NCBI GenBank assembly: GCA_946536225.1
Contig: CAMNEE010000001.1
Span: forward strand, 475,243 to 539,242
DNA: 64,000 nt
Origin: an uncultured Bacillales bacterium
GTDB lineage: Bacteria > Bacillota_I > Bacilli_A > RF39 > UBA660
Reading direction: 5' to 3'
A model generated the notes under the pieces. It made no database searches, had not been told where the DNA came from, and saw nothing but the letters and a program-made list of their open reading frames with translations. Both the position numbers and the translations under genes were made by a program. Below are positions 49,537 through 57,704 of this stretch, piece by piece; positions within the stretch are counted from its first letter, which is position 1; every line of letters begins with the position of its first letter.

Positions 49537-50577
49537 ATGAATAATAAAAAAGGTTTTACGTTAGTTGAGCTATTAGCAGTTATAGTTATTTTGGCAATAA
49601 TTATGATTATTGCTATTCCTGCAGTATTAAGTACTATGGAAACAGCAAGAAAAAAATCTCTTGTTGAATATGCAAATAAAGCAGTTTTAAAAGCGGAAGA
49701 AAAATATACAACAAGAAGTTTAGAAGGATTACCTATTAGAGGTGTTATTGTTTATGATATAGTAAGTGATTTTGATTTTAATAACACTGGGGACTATAAA
49801 GGATATGTTTTAATTGATGCAACTGAAACTGATAAGAGATCTTTTTATGTATACTTATATGACAATTCATATTTAATAAATTTAAAGAAAAGTACAGATA
49901 TAAGTGTTGAGTCACTTGAAGATGTTGAAAGTATAGAAGTAATTGCTAGTATTGAAAAACTTGTTGATATAGCAGGATTTAATTCATATTATGATGCAAG
50001 TTCATCTATTGTTAATGAGATTAAAAATCCTAAATATGAATTCTTAAATGGTTTAAAGTTAGATGGTCATAAATATATAAATACTCAAGTAATACCAACA
50101 GATAATACTAAAATAGAATTAGAAATTGATGATAATAATTTTGATGCAATAATGGGTAGTAGAACAATCTATAAATCTGAAGACTCGCTTGCTATCTTTG
50201 GACAATTTACAAGTACTTACGTAAACTATATTATTTACTGGGGAGATAAATCAGTAAGTCTTAATAAAAAAAATCCATCTGTTTCTCCAATAAAAGTAAC
50301 TTTTGATAATAAGACTTTTAAAGTAAACGAAAAGGAATATTCGGTTTTAAATCCTACGGTTAATTTAAAAGCTAAATACCCAATGTTCTTATTTTCTGTT
50401 AGCAATGGTGGAGCTCCTGACTATAGAGTGTTCCAAGGTACTTTCTACTCATGTAAAATATATGAAAATGGTAAGTTAATAAGAAACTTTGTACCTGTTA
50501 AAGTTAAAGCAACTGGTGAGACTACTATTTATGAGAAAGTAGAAAAGAAAGAATATTCTTTTATTAAATATAATTAG
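49537..50577 (+). CDS. Type IV prepilin-like protein C with C-terminal LamG/concanavalin-like domain
   Basis: KKG|FTLVELLAVIVILAII; C-terminus YINT...FYSCKIYENGKLIRNFVPV; AGGTG RBS before ATG 49537. Confidence 0.8.
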   Translation: MNNKKGFTLVELLAVIVILAIIMIIAIPAVLSTMETARKKSLVEYANKAVLKAEEKYTTRSLEGLPIRGVIVYDIVSDFDFNNTGDYKGYVLIDATETDKRSFYVYLYDNSYLINLKKSTDISVESLEDVESIEVIASIEKLVDIAGFNSYYDASSSIVNEIKNPKYEFLNGLKLDGHKYINTQVIPTDNTKIELEIDDNNFDAIMGSRTIYKSEDSLAIFGQFTSTYVNYIIYWGDKSVSLNKKNPSVSPIKVTFDNKTFKVNEKEYSVLNPTVNLKAKYPMFLFSVSNGGAPDYRVFQGTFYSCKIYENGKLIRNFVPVKVKATGETTIYEKVEKKEYSFIKYN

Positions 50578-50656
50578 ATTTAAAAAATAATTAATAATAA
50601 CAGAGTTATATTTATAACTCTGTTTTCTTTTGATATAATACATAATAGGTGATGAT

Positions 50657-51886
50657 ATGAATATCATAGATATAATAACTAAAAAGAAAAACAACGAAGA
50701 ATTAAATTATGAAGAATTATCATATGCTTTTAATGGCTATTTAAATAAAGAAATACCTGATTATCAGATGTCTTCTTTACTTATGGCTATTGTTATAAAT
50801 GGAATGAATTTAAAAGAGACAATTAGTCTTACTGATATATTTTTAAAATCTGGTGAAGAATATAATTTATCAGATAAAATGGACAATGTAGTTGATAAAC
50901 ATTCAACTGGTGGAGTAGGAGATACTACTACTTTAATACTTGGACCAATGTGTGCGGCTCTTGGACTACATATGGCTAAGATGAGTGGTCGTGGTTTAGG
51001 TTTTACAGGCGGTACTATTGATAAGTTAGAAAGTATACCTGGATTTAACGTTAATTTATCTAAAGAAGAATTTATTAATCAAGTTGATACACTTGGTTTT
51101 GCAATAAGTGCTCAAACTGATAATTTAACACCTTTAGATAAAGTAATATATGCTCTTCGTGATGTAACAGGAACTACGGAATCTATTCCTTTAATAGCTT
51201 CTTCTATTATGTCTAAAAAGATTGCACTTGGTGCAAAGAATATACTAATTGATGTTAAATATGGTAGTGGTGCCCTTATGAAAAATAAAGAGGATGCTAC
51301 TAAACTTGCTAATAGCCTAAAAGCTATTGGAGAAGCATATGATAGAAGAGTTGAAACTGTAATAGATGATATGAGTAATCCTTTAAGTCAAGGAATTGGT
51401 AATGCTATTGAAGTAATTGAAGCAGTGAATGTTTTAAGAGGTAAAGAATGCACTTTAAAAGAAACATGTGTTGATATAGTTGCTAAACTTCTTAATATGG
51501 CTAAAGGTATTAGTTACGAAGAAGGAGTAAGTCTTGCACGTGAAACTCTTGCAAATGGTTCTGCTTTTAGAAAGTTTACTGAGTTTGTAACTGCACAAGG
51601 TGGTGACATATCAAAGGTACATGTTAGTCCTAAGAAAATAATGATAAGAGCTAAGGAAGACGGAATAATAAATAATATAGATGCTCTTGGAGCTGCAAAA
51701 CTTGCTGCAAAACTTGGGGCTTCTAAGATGACGCTTGATGATACAATTGATTATTCTGTTGGTATTTATTTACATAAAGTAAAAGGTGATCAAGTAAAAC
51801 GTGGTGATTTATTAATAACTATGTATGTTAATAATTACCAAATAGAATTTAATGAAGAAGATTTTAAATTTATAGATTTAGTCTAA
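50657..51886 (+). CDS. pdp: Pyrimidine-nucleoside (thymidine) phosphorylase
   Basis: DKHSTGGVGD, KMSGRGLGFTGGTIDKLES, LIASSIMSKK. Confidence 0.95.
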   Translation: MNIIDIITKKKNNEELNYEELSYAFNGYLNKEIPDYQMSSLLMAIVINGMNLKETISLTDIFLKSGEEYNLSDKMDNVVDKHSTGGVGDTTTLILGPMCAALGLHMAKMSGRGLGFTGGTIDKLESIPGFNVNLSKEEFINQVDTLGFAISAQTDNLTPLDKVIYALRDVTGTTESIPLIASSIMSKKIALGAKNILIDVKYGSGALMKNKEDATKLANSLKAIGEAYDRRVETVIDDMSNPLSQGIGNAIEVIEAVNVLRGKECTLKETCVDIVAKLLNMAKGISYEEGVSLARETLANGSAFRKFTEFVTAQGGDISKVHVSPKKIMIRAKEDGIINNIDALGAAKLAAKLGASKMTLDDTIDYSVGIYLHKVKGDQVKRGDLLITMYVNNYQIEFNEEDFKFIDLV

Positions 51887-51946
51887 AGTATTTATAAAAT
51901 TTGTTATAAATGATATTATTATATATAAGATAAGAGGTTGGTAAGT

Positions 51947-54316
51947 ATGAATGAACAATTAAATCCAAATGAAATTACAAATATGGCAAATGTGGCACCA
52001 GTTGCTCCTGTTAATTTAGGAGGAGTTAACCCTGTTACACAGCCACCAATAACACCAGTTGATTTAATGGCAGCACCTCCAGAATCTCAAGCACCTATTG
52101 ATGCTCCAGTTGTTGCACCTGCACCAGCAGTTGCTCCAGCACCAGTAGAAATGCCTGCTCAAGCTCCTGCAGCAACACCAGTTGTTAATGAGCAAGCAAA
52201 TATACTTGTTAGTCCAAGTGTTGATAGTAGTGTAATGGATGTTTTAGATGAAACTCCTTCTCAAGTGCAAGATGTACAAGATATAAATATATCTATACCA
52301 TTTGCTGAAAAAAAGGAAGAACCAGTTACACCTGCACCAGTAGCTGCTCCAACACCAGTAGAAGCACCAGTAGAAATGCCTGCTCAAGCCTCTGCATCAA
52401 CACCAACACCTGTAGAAACACCTACAGCTATAGAAAATGCAAAACCAGTTGGTGATGCAACAGTAAATGAAAGTGCTGAAATGTCTAATCCAAGAGATAT
52501 AGTTGATCAAGACTCATATTTAAAAAATATACCTCCTGTTGAAGAACAACAAAAGATGTTTGGTAGCATTAAAAATATTAATGATGTAACTGCAATAGTA
52601 GAAATACATACTGATAACATGGTAGTTCCTAATTTGATGAATATGCATGTTGTATTTGAAACACCAGAAGGAAAGAAAATTCTTGGTGAAGTTAAAAAAC
52701 TTGAAGGAACAGACGCTCATGTTAACTTACTAGGACAATTTGTAGGTGATAGATTTATTGCTGGTACTATTATTAAACCAACATTAGATTCTAAATTAAG
52801 AATTATAGAACCTGAAGAAATGGATATTATCTTTGGTAAGGATGAAGAAAAAAATGTTTATTTAGGTAAGAGTGCAATTTACTCTGGTAAAGATGTATTT
52901 ATAGATATTAATGATATGTTTTCAAACCATTTGGCTATATTTGGTAATACTGGTTCAGGTAAATCTTGTTCAGTTGCTAGAATAGTTCAAAACATATTCT
53001 TAAATAAGAATTTCTTAAGCTTTAATGCTAATTTATTCTTCTTTGATGCATATGGTGAATATAAAAATGCATTTAAAGTATTAAATCAATTAAATCCAAA
53101 TTATCAATATAAATTCATAACTAGTAATCCTGTTGATTCAACAGATGTAATGTTAAGAATTCCAATTTTCTTACTTACAGTTGATGATTTATGTTTACTT
53201 TTACAAGCTGATAACCATCATCAATATACTATTATTGAAAGAACTTTAAAACTTGCTAAGTTATTCTCAAGAGATGATGAAATAACTCGTAAGCTTAAGA
53301 ATCATTTAATTGCAAAAGCAATCATGAGTGTACTATTCTCAAATCAACAAGCAAGTGGTAAGAAAAATGATATATTTACAATTCTAAAAGACTGTTCTAC
53401 ACCAGAATTTAATGTAGATACTGATATTCAAGGAATTGGTTATGTTAGAAAATTCTCTGAATGCTTTGGTATTGATAGAAATGGTGAATTTGGTGAATCA
53501 GTATTAATTAATGAATATTTACTTAAGTTTATAGATGATAATCTAGAACTTCATATGCCTGTTCCTGAAGATGCATTCTTTACTCTTGATGACTTAGAAA
53601 AAGCAATGTCATTCTGTTTAATAGGTGATGGATTCTTAGGTAATAAGATCATGGAAGATAATGCTACAATTATTCAAGTTAGATTACATGCATTAAATAA
53701 CTCATCTAATAGAGAATTCTTCGATGTTCCTAATTATATATCTCTAGAAAACTATATTTCATCATTAATAGTTCATAATGATAAACGTAGTCAAATTGTT
53801 AATATTAACTTAGAAGATATTGATGATCAACTTGCTAAAACAATAGTTAAAATATTTAGTAAGATGATATTCGACTTTGCAAAGAGTAGAGAAGAAAGAG
53901 CTCAAATACCTTTCAACTTATTTATTGAAGAAGCTCATAGATATGTTCAAAAAGGTGATATTGATTTATTCTTACTTGGTTATAATATATTTGAACGTAT
54001 TGCTAAGGAAGGCCGTAAATACGGTGTTATGTTAGATTTAATATCTCAAAGACCTGTTGAGTTATCTGATACAGTTATTGGACAAACTTCTAACTTCTGT
54101 ATCTTAAAGATGACACATCCTTTAGACCTTGATTATATTAATAAAATGCTTCCTAATATCTCAGGTGATGTAATTGATAAGTTAACTTCACTTCAAAGTG
54201 GTACTATGGTTGCTTTTGGTAATGCATTTAAGATACCAGTTATCGTTAAAATGGATATGCCAAATCCTCCTCCATATTCATCAAACTGTGATGTTGTGGC
54301 ACGTTGGAAAGCATAG
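51947..54316 (+). CDS. HerA/FtsK-superfamily (DUF87) ATPase with Pro/Ala/Val-rich N-terminal extension
   Basis: HLAIFGNTGSGKS, FIEEAH, IAKEGRKYG, SQRP. Confidence 0.9.
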   Translation: MNEQLNPNEITNMANVAPVAPVNLGGVNPVTQPPITPVDLMAAPPESQAPIDAPVVAPAPAVAPAPVEMPAQAPAATPVVNEQANILVSPSVDSSVMDVLDETPSQVQDVQDINISIPFAEKKEEPVTPAPVAAPTPVEAPVEMPAQASASTPTPVETPTAIENAKPVGDATVNESAEMSNPRDIVDQDSYLKNIPPVEEQQKMFGSIKNINDVTAIVEIHTDNMVVPNLMNMHVVFETPEGKKILGEVKKLEGTDAHVNLLGQFVGDRFIAGTIIKPTLDSKLRIIEPEEMDIIFGKDEEKNVYLGKSAIYSGKDVFIDINDMFSNHLAIFGNTGSGKSCSVARIVQNIFLNKNFLSFNANLFFFDAYGEYKNAFKVLNQLNPNYQYKFITSNPVDSTDVMLRIPIFLLTVDDLCLLLQADNHHQYTIIERTLKLAKLFSRDDEITRKLKNHLIAKAIMSVLFSNQQASGKKNDIFTILKDCSTPEFNVDTDIQGIGYVRKFSECFGIDRNGEFGESVLINEYLLKFIDDNLELHMPVPEDAFFTLDDLEKAMSFCLIGDGFLGNKIMEDNATIIQVRLHALNNSSNREFFDVPNYISLENYISSLIVHNDKRSQIVNINLEDIDDQLAKTIVKIFSKMIFDFAKSREERAQIPFNLFIEEAHRYVQKGDIDLFLLGYNIFERIAKEGRKYGVMLDLISQRPVELSDTVIGQTSNFCILKMTHPLDLDYINKMLPNISGDVIDKLTSLQSGTMVAFGNAFKIPVIVKMDMPNPPPYSSNCDVVARWKA
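52139..52389 (+). repeat. 26-bp direct repeat within the low-complexity N-terminus (APVEMPAQA)
   Basis: GCACCAGTAGAAATGCCTGCTCAAGC at 52139-52164 and 52364-52389. Confidence 0.75.
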
Positions 54317-54320
54317 AAAT

Positions 54321-54352
54321 AAAAAAGAATATAGACATCTATATTCTTTTTT
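54321..54352 (+). terminator. Intrinsic terminator (symmetrical, could act on both strands)
   Basis: AAAAAAGAATATAGA-ca-TCTATATTCTTTTTT. Confidence 0.75.
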
Positions 54353-54433
54353 ATTTGTAAAGTTTATTAAACAGTAATGTAATTAAATAATTATATGGTT
54401 ATAATTATAATAGGAAAGGAAAAGGGTTAAAAA

Positions 54434-55054
54434 ATGAAAGATAACACAAGAAATATTGTTGCTGTTTTTGGTTTAGCATTCATGCTATTTATGACATTTG
54501 GATTTATATTTAAATATTGTACTTCTATTAAAACTCTTGATTTAAGAGATTCAGAAGATAATATAAAGAAACTAGATGTATATAAGACAGAAATCAATAA
54601 AATAACAAATGACAAATGTAAGAATGCATTAAATGACTTTGTTAAGCATTATGAAAACACCTCTTTTAAAGACAACGGAAAAGGAGATAATGCTATAACA
54701 ATTTCAAAGTTAAAGAAGAACTTTATAACTGTTGATGAGGACTTAAACACTTTAAGAATAACAACTGATAAGTATATTGATCTTCGTGCTGCATGTGGTG
54801 CAAAAGATACAGCAGAAGAGGAAGAATATAATAATGAAATTACTCAAAGCATGTTTACTATACTTATACTAGAAGAAGAGTTAGTTCAATCACTTGGAAC
54901 TTCTCAATTTGCTATTGGATCTAATTTCTATGTATATGATTATTCATATGCTAGTATGTCACCTTCAATTTATTCCTTACATAGAGCTAATTATTTAAAT
55001 ATAATTGATAATGTAATTAAATTAGAAAAATTAAGAGGTGAATATAATGAATAA
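54434..55054 (+). CDS. Hypothetical membrane-anchored protein
   Basis: N-terminal TM; overlaps next gene. Confidence 0.6.
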   Translation: MKDNTRNIVAVFGLAFMLFMTFGFIFKYCTSIKTLDLRDSEDNIKKLDVYKTEINKITNDKCKNALNDFVKHYENTSFKDNGKGDNAITISKLKKNFITVDEDLNTLRITTDKYIDLRAACGAKDTAEEEEYNNEITQSMFTILILEEELVQSLGTSQFAIGSNFYVYDYSYASMSPSIYSLHRANYLNIIDNVIKLEKLRGEYNE

Positions 55055-55739
55055 GAAAAATAAGATATTTATTGTTCTATATTACATTGGTGCTTTCTTA
55101 TTAGGAGCTTTATATCTTGCTCTTGGTACAGCCGTTAGTGGCCAAGGTTATATACCATTTATAGATGAAAATACATTAGCATTCTTCTTTGCGTTATTAA
55201 TAGCATTCTTTGCTGCTTCTTATTTAATTCAAGAATTTAGAAGAATAAGTGTGTGGTCGGTACTAAGTTTAGTTTATTTAGTAGCATTTGCATTTATGGT
55301 ATTTTCATACTTCTATGCAAATGAAGGATTCTTAGAAGTATATAGTTTTATAGCTATTATTTGTGCACTTACGATGTGCTTTACTGTATTCTTCTTCTTG
55401 TATTTTTCATGCTTCTTAATAAAAGATAAGAAGCTTAAAAATACTAATATTTATTTACCAACTATGTTTATAGTATTTGTAATATTTATTGGTTGTATCT
55501 GTTATAAATTTAATGATGTAATATTCTATGAAGGAATGCAATATCCATATTTCTTCTATGTTGCTAATTTTGCATTTTTAATTGTAAGCGTATATGCAGT
55601 TGGTTCTCTTGGTAAAAATGAAGCTCAAAAAGCTCCAGCTAAGAAAACAACTACTGCAACAAAGAGTGTTAGTAAAGTTAAAAAGACAGCAGTGAAAAAG
55701 ACAACTAAAAAACCTGTTAAAAAAACTACTAAAAAATAA
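55047..55739 (+). CDS. Multi-pass membrane protein with Lys/Thr/Ala-rich tail
   Basis: About six TMs; ends KAPAKKTTTATKSVSKVKKTAVKKTTKKPVKKTTKK. Confidence 0.65.
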   Translation: MNKKNKIFIVLYYIGAFLLGALYLALGTAVSGQGYIPFIDENTLAFFFALLIAFFAASYLIQEFRRISVWSVLSLVYLVAFAFMVFSYFYANEGFLEVYSFIAIICALTMCFTVFFFLYFSCFLIKDKKLKNTNIYLPTMFIVFVIFIGCICYKFNDVIFYEGMQYPYFFYVANFAFLIVSVYAVGSLGKNEAQKAPAKKTTTATKSVSKVKKTAVKKTTKKPVKKTTKK

Positions 55740-55832
55740 AATTAATTCTCAAAGTGAATCTTTGAGAATTTTTTTTACGTAAATAATTAATTATTCATTT
55801 TAGTATTTTATAATAAATGATATAATTAAGTT

Positions 55833-56000
55833 ACCTAAGATAGGATTTAATGTAAAAACCGACTAAGTGATATAATTGGGGAATTAATTGCAAAATGGTG
55901 TTGAAAGCCAGGCTATTCTGACTTGGAATCCTGAAGTTTTGCATGTATTCTACCACCTCGTGCGAGCGGGTTTTTTATCACACTTCTTGTCTTAGGCTTT
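55833..56000 (+). ncRNA. ssrS: 6S RNA
   Basis: TGATATAAT extended -10 at 55818-55826; closing stem CCTAAGATAGGA / TCTTGTCTTAGG then T-run; inner AAAAACCG / CGGGTTTTT stem; TTGGGGA and CCACCT...GAGCGGGTT elements flanking a central bubble as in Bacillota 6S RNAs. Confidence 0.8.
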
Positions 56001-56052
56001 TTTTATGTTTATAATTATCTATAGAATAAATAATATTAGGATGGTGAAGACA

Positions 56053-57597
56053 ATGAGAAGAAAAAAATCAGGTTTTACTTTAGTAGAATTACTTGCTGTT
56101 ATAGTAATACTTGCTATTATTATGATTATAGCAATACCAAGTGTATTAGAAATCATGACTACAGCAAAACAAAAGAGTTTTGTTGAATACATTACAAAAG
56201 TATATACTGCAGCACAAGATAAATATATGTCGGATCAGTTATTTAATGGGGACGCAAGTTGTATTGTTTATAAGGTTAAAACTGATTTAGGATTATCTAA
56301 TACAGGATCATTTGATGGCTTTGTATTAATTGGTTCTAAGAATAAAGATGGAGAAAATAAATACTATATTACTTTATGGAATGATGAATATAAAGTATAT
56401 GGTTTAGATTATAAAAATGTAGACAAAGCTAAATTAGAAGACTTTGTTGATGAAAATGATGATGATTTAAAAATTGACGGAGTTGCTAAATACTATGACT
56501 GTAGTGTTTATACAGATGGGGATGGTAATACCATTACAGCTGATGATGTTGAAATAACTCCAACTGGAACACCAAGAGGTAAGACATGTACTTTTGATGG
56601 TGATATGGTACCTGGTGCTAAGTTTATTGATGGACAATATACTTATACATATAAAGATAAAACATTCATAGAAAATCAAACAGTTGGTTGGCATGTAGTA
56701 TTAACTGATAAAAAATCTACTGAGCCTGTTACTACACAACTATGTTCAACTATTAATGGAGAATACGTTACAAGTTTTTTTAATACTTTTCATTCTTCAA
56801 AAGCTACAAGTATAGATTTATCTAGTTTTAATACATCTCATGCAACAGATCTTACTAGTATGTTTTATTACTCAAGTGCTACTAGTTTAGATGTAAGTGG
56901 TTTTGATACTAGAAATGTTAAAAATATGGGTTGTATGTTCTATCATGCAACTGCAAGTGATTTTGATGTTAGTAATTTTAATACTTCTAAAGTAGAAGTA
57001 ATTGAAGAGATGTTTAATGGTACTCATTTAGACAAACTTGATTTAAGACATTTTGATGTTAGTCATGTAAGGGATGTTTATAGTGCTTTTGGTTATATGA
57101 CTGCTAATGAGGTAGACATTTCTAATTGGAATCTTGTGAATGCTCCTCGTTTATACAATATGTTTACTCATGCTAATATTAAAAAATTAAATGTTAGTGG
57201 CTTAAGAGCGGATGCTAGTACAGATAATTCATATATGTTTGATACTTTTAAAACTGAGAATCCCGTTGTTTTAAATAATCTAGATACAACAAATTGTCAT
57301 AAATTTAATTATATGTTTGGTTATTCTCAAATACCTGCTATAGTTACTCCTAAACTTAGTTTTGCTAATGTAGAAGAAGCATATAATATGTTTAGAAATG
57401 TTAGTATGGATACTTTAGATTTATCAATGGTTGATACATCTCGTATAACTGGTTCTAAATTCAGTGGTTTTGTAGAAGGAATTAAGTCTACTAAGTGTTA
57501 TGCTAGAACTCAAGCAGACGCTGATAAATTAAATACAACAGGTGCTCCTTTGTATTTACATTGGCAAGATTTAGAACATCCATTTGTTGTTAAATAG
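56053..57597 (+). CDS. Type IV prepilin-like protein D with DUF285/BspA-like repeats
   Basis: SG|FTLVELLAVIVILAII; LDVSGFDTRNVKNMGCMF-type repeats. Confidence 0.85.
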   Translation: MRRKKSGFTLVELLAVIVILAIIMIIAIPSVLEIMTTAKQKSFVEYITKVYTAAQDKYMSDQLFNGDASCIVYKVKTDLGLSNTGSFDGFVLIGSKNKDGENKYYITLWNDEYKVYGLDYKNVDKAKLEDFVDENDDDLKIDGVAKYYDCSVYTDGDGNTITADDVEITPTGTPRGKTCTFDGDMVPGAKFIDGQYTYTYKDKTFIENQTVGWHVVLTDKKSTEPVTTQLCSTINGEYVTSFFNTFHSSKATSIDLSSFNTSHATDLTSMFYYSSATSLDVSGFDTRNVKNMGCMFYHATASDFDVSNFNTSKVEVIEEMFNGTHLDKLDLRHFDVSHVRDVYSAFGYMTANEVDISNWNLVNAPRLYNMFTHANIKKLNVSGLRADASTDNSYMFDTFKTENPVVLNNLDTTNCHKFNYMFGYSQIPAIVTPKLSFANVEEAYNMFRNVSMDTLDLSMVDTSRITGSKFSGFVEGIKSTKCYARTQADADKLNTTGAPLYLHWQDLEHPFVVK

Positions 57598-57642
57598 AAT
57601 AGAAGAAAACTTCTATTCTTTTTTTATAAAAACTTTTTGTAA

Positions 57643-57657
57643 TGATAATGATTATAA
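57643..57657. promoter_or_regulatory. Possible Fur/PerR-family 7-1-7 box upstream of PFOR
   Basis: TGATAAT-G-ATTATAA, one mismatch from both TGATAATnATTATCA and TTATAATnATTATAA. Confidence 0.35.
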
Positions 57658-57704
57658 ATAATAATGATGCTATAATTTATATTAGATAATAAGGAAGTGT
57701 GATT

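Noticed and set aside
51947-55739. HerA as part of a Sir2-HerA or nuclease-HerA anti-phage system
   Set aside because: Neighbours are pdp and two membrane proteins separated by a terminator; no sirtuin or nuclease motifs seen.
20712-55776. Similar hairpins CTCAAGTGAATCTTGAG (20717) and CTCAAAGTGAATCTTTGAG (55748) as a mobile repeat family
   Set aside because: Only two short copies, both in normal terminator positions; best explained as ordinary terminators.
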